Shown piece by piece: positions 52,395 through 53,646 of a stretch of 53,646 nucleotides of DNA. The stretch is from a virus. Taxonomy: Duplodnaviria > Caudoviricetes. Below the pieces are notes generated by a model. The model was not told the origin of the DNA, did no database searches, and worked only from the letters and a program-made list of their open reading frames with translations. Position 1 is the stretch's first letter, and each line of letters begins with the position of its first letter. Location: positions 1 through 53,646 of the IMG/VR virus record IMGVR_UViG_3300046707_000046. One strand, 5' to 3'. The translations under genes and the position numbers were made by a program.

Positions 52395-53615
52395 ATGTCA
52401 GAAATACTGATCAAGCATAACAGTAGGACTACACGCCAGCCGTGCAAGCGTTGCAAGACGTTTGGGCAGGATGGACTTTACTGGGCACATGACCAGTCAC
52501 GCCCTGACGACACGTGCAAGGAATGCACGGATCGGGAGGGTTACACGGTCAATGGTGCTTTTGTCCTGACTGAGAAGGCAACGGGCAAGCGGCACACTTG
52601 CTTGCCCAAGCCTGGCACCAACCCAAGCGAGCCGATCTACGAACCGGTGACAACGCCGGCAGGCAACGCGGATGCTGCAACCAAGCTGGCTGAACTACTG
52701 GCCAGCCTGGCACCAACCGTAGACATGACCGCAATCATTGCTCAGGTTGACTCAGTGGTGAATGCGCGCATGACAGAGGTAGTAACAGCTATCGATGCCA
52801 AGTTCGCTCCACTGACAATCGAGATCAAGCAACATGACAAGCAGTCGGTTACGATCACCGGCGCTCACAAGATGCTGCCGAAGGTTCTGGCAGTTCTGAA
52901 CGCGCCGGGTATCCGTAAGCATGTCATGCTGGTAGGTCCGGCTGGCAGTGGCAAGTCAACCCTTGCGCAACACGTCTCAGAAGCGTTGCAGGTCACGCTG
53001 TATGAGATTGCGCTTGGGCCGACTATGGCCGAGTCACGGGTGATCGGCTATAAGGATGCCAACGGTAACACGGTGGCAACCTTTGTCCGTGAATGGGCCG
53101 AGAATGGCGGCATCTTGCACCTTGACGAGTTTGATGCCGGTAATCCGGGTGTCCTGACAGTGTTCAACTCGCTGTTGTCCAACGGGCACTTTGGCTTCCC
53201 GGACAAGATGATCAAGCTGCACCCGGATTGCTACGTGATAGCTTCACTCAACACGTACGGCCGGGGAGCCGACCGGACCTATAAGGGCAGGCAGGCTCTA
53301 GATGAGGCTACCCTTAACCGATTCGTCAAGATTCCGATCTACTATGATGATGCGGTTGAGGAATCGCTTTGCCTGGCAACGGGCATGAGCCAGTCAAAGG
53401 TTACCGCTGTGCTGACCTACGTACGTCAGCTTAGGGCTAAGGCGGAAGCCGACCGGCTGCCGGTGATCATGGGAGTTCGGGAGTCCGAGGGTCTGTGCTC
53501 ACTGGTCATGGCCGGACTAAGCGCCAAAGAGGCCATTACATGGCGTATCCGTGGCGGACTGTCAGACGCCGATTGGGGCAAGCTCACGCTTGGAGTGAGC
53601 GCGCCGTCAATTTAG
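52395..53615 (+). CDS. MoxR/CobS-like AAA+ ATPase with N-terminal Cys-rich Zn-binding segment
   Basis: Walker A GPAGSGKS, Walker B LHLDEFD, N..GRGAD..Y.GR.ALD.A..NRF; ATG at 52395 follows the SD-like GAGAGGGAGAGGG. Confidence 0.9.
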   Translation: MSEILIKHNSRTTRQPCKRCKTFGQDGLYWAHDQSRPDDTCKECTDREGYTVNGAFVLTEKATGKRHTCLPKPGTNPSEPIYEPVTTPAGNADAATKLAELLASLAPTVDMTAIIAQVDSVVNARMTEVVTAIDAKFAPLTIEIKQHDKQSVTITGAHKMLPKVLAVLNAPGIRKHVMLVGPAGSGKSTLAQHVSEALQVTLYEIALGPTMAESRVIGYKDANGNTVATFVREWAENGGILHLDEFDAGNPGVLTVFNSLLSNGHFGFPDKMIKLHPDCYVIASLNTYGRGADRTYKGRQALDEATLNRFVKIPIYYDDAVEESLCLATGMSQSKVTAVLTYVRQLRAKAEADRLPVIMGVRESEGLCSLVMAGLSAKEAITWRIRGGLSDADWGKLTLGVSAPSI

Positions 53616-53646
53616 ACACTGCCGGTCGGGCTAGGGGAAATCCTAG
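53520..53646. repeat. Second copy of the 127-bp terminal overlap
   Basis: Identical to 1-127. Confidence 0.97.

Noticed and set aside
1-53519. Stop-codon reassignment (prompted by the RF gene and many TAGs)
   Set aside because: Core genes are full length in code 11, all three stops end genes with tight coupling, and there is no suppressor tRNA

Overview
The window is a complete, circularly assembled actinobacterial siphovirus genome of about 53.5 kb; bases 1-127 equal 53520-53646. I see no integrase, repressor or DNA polymerase. There are three blocks. (i) A rightward early region (51288 across the origin to 8958) has a sigma70-type promoter, an rrn boxA-like motif and a ~590-nt highly structured leader. 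It encodes a MoxR/CobS-like AAA ATPase plus VWA partner, an RNA ligase and many small acidic, basic or Zn-finger proteins, nearly all separated by long stop-codon-anchored hairpins. (ii) A leftward replication/regulation block (21650 to 8965) encodes a split Cas4-like nuclease, SSB-like protein, DnaB-like helicase, SLOG protein, Endo VII, a release-factor-like protein with GGS instead of GGQ, a C5 methyltransferase, WhiB, a split primase and a sigma factor. It ends in an 80-nt RNA that is the tRNA-like domain of tmRNA with no tag ORF. (iii) A leftward late block (50400 to 21660) has five tRNAs interleaved with unknown structured RNAs, NlpC/P60, terminase, a portal with a -1 frameshift into a MuF-like protein, head and tail genes, and a lysis region rich in hydrolases. 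The best novel candidates are the TLD-only mini-tmRNA together with the GGS release factor (a putative ribosome-rescue manipulation system), the pseudoknotted early leader RNA, the repeated two-state intergenic hairpins, and three genes each broken by a 4-bp tandem duplication. All protein calls come from motif recognition by eye, not from database searches.
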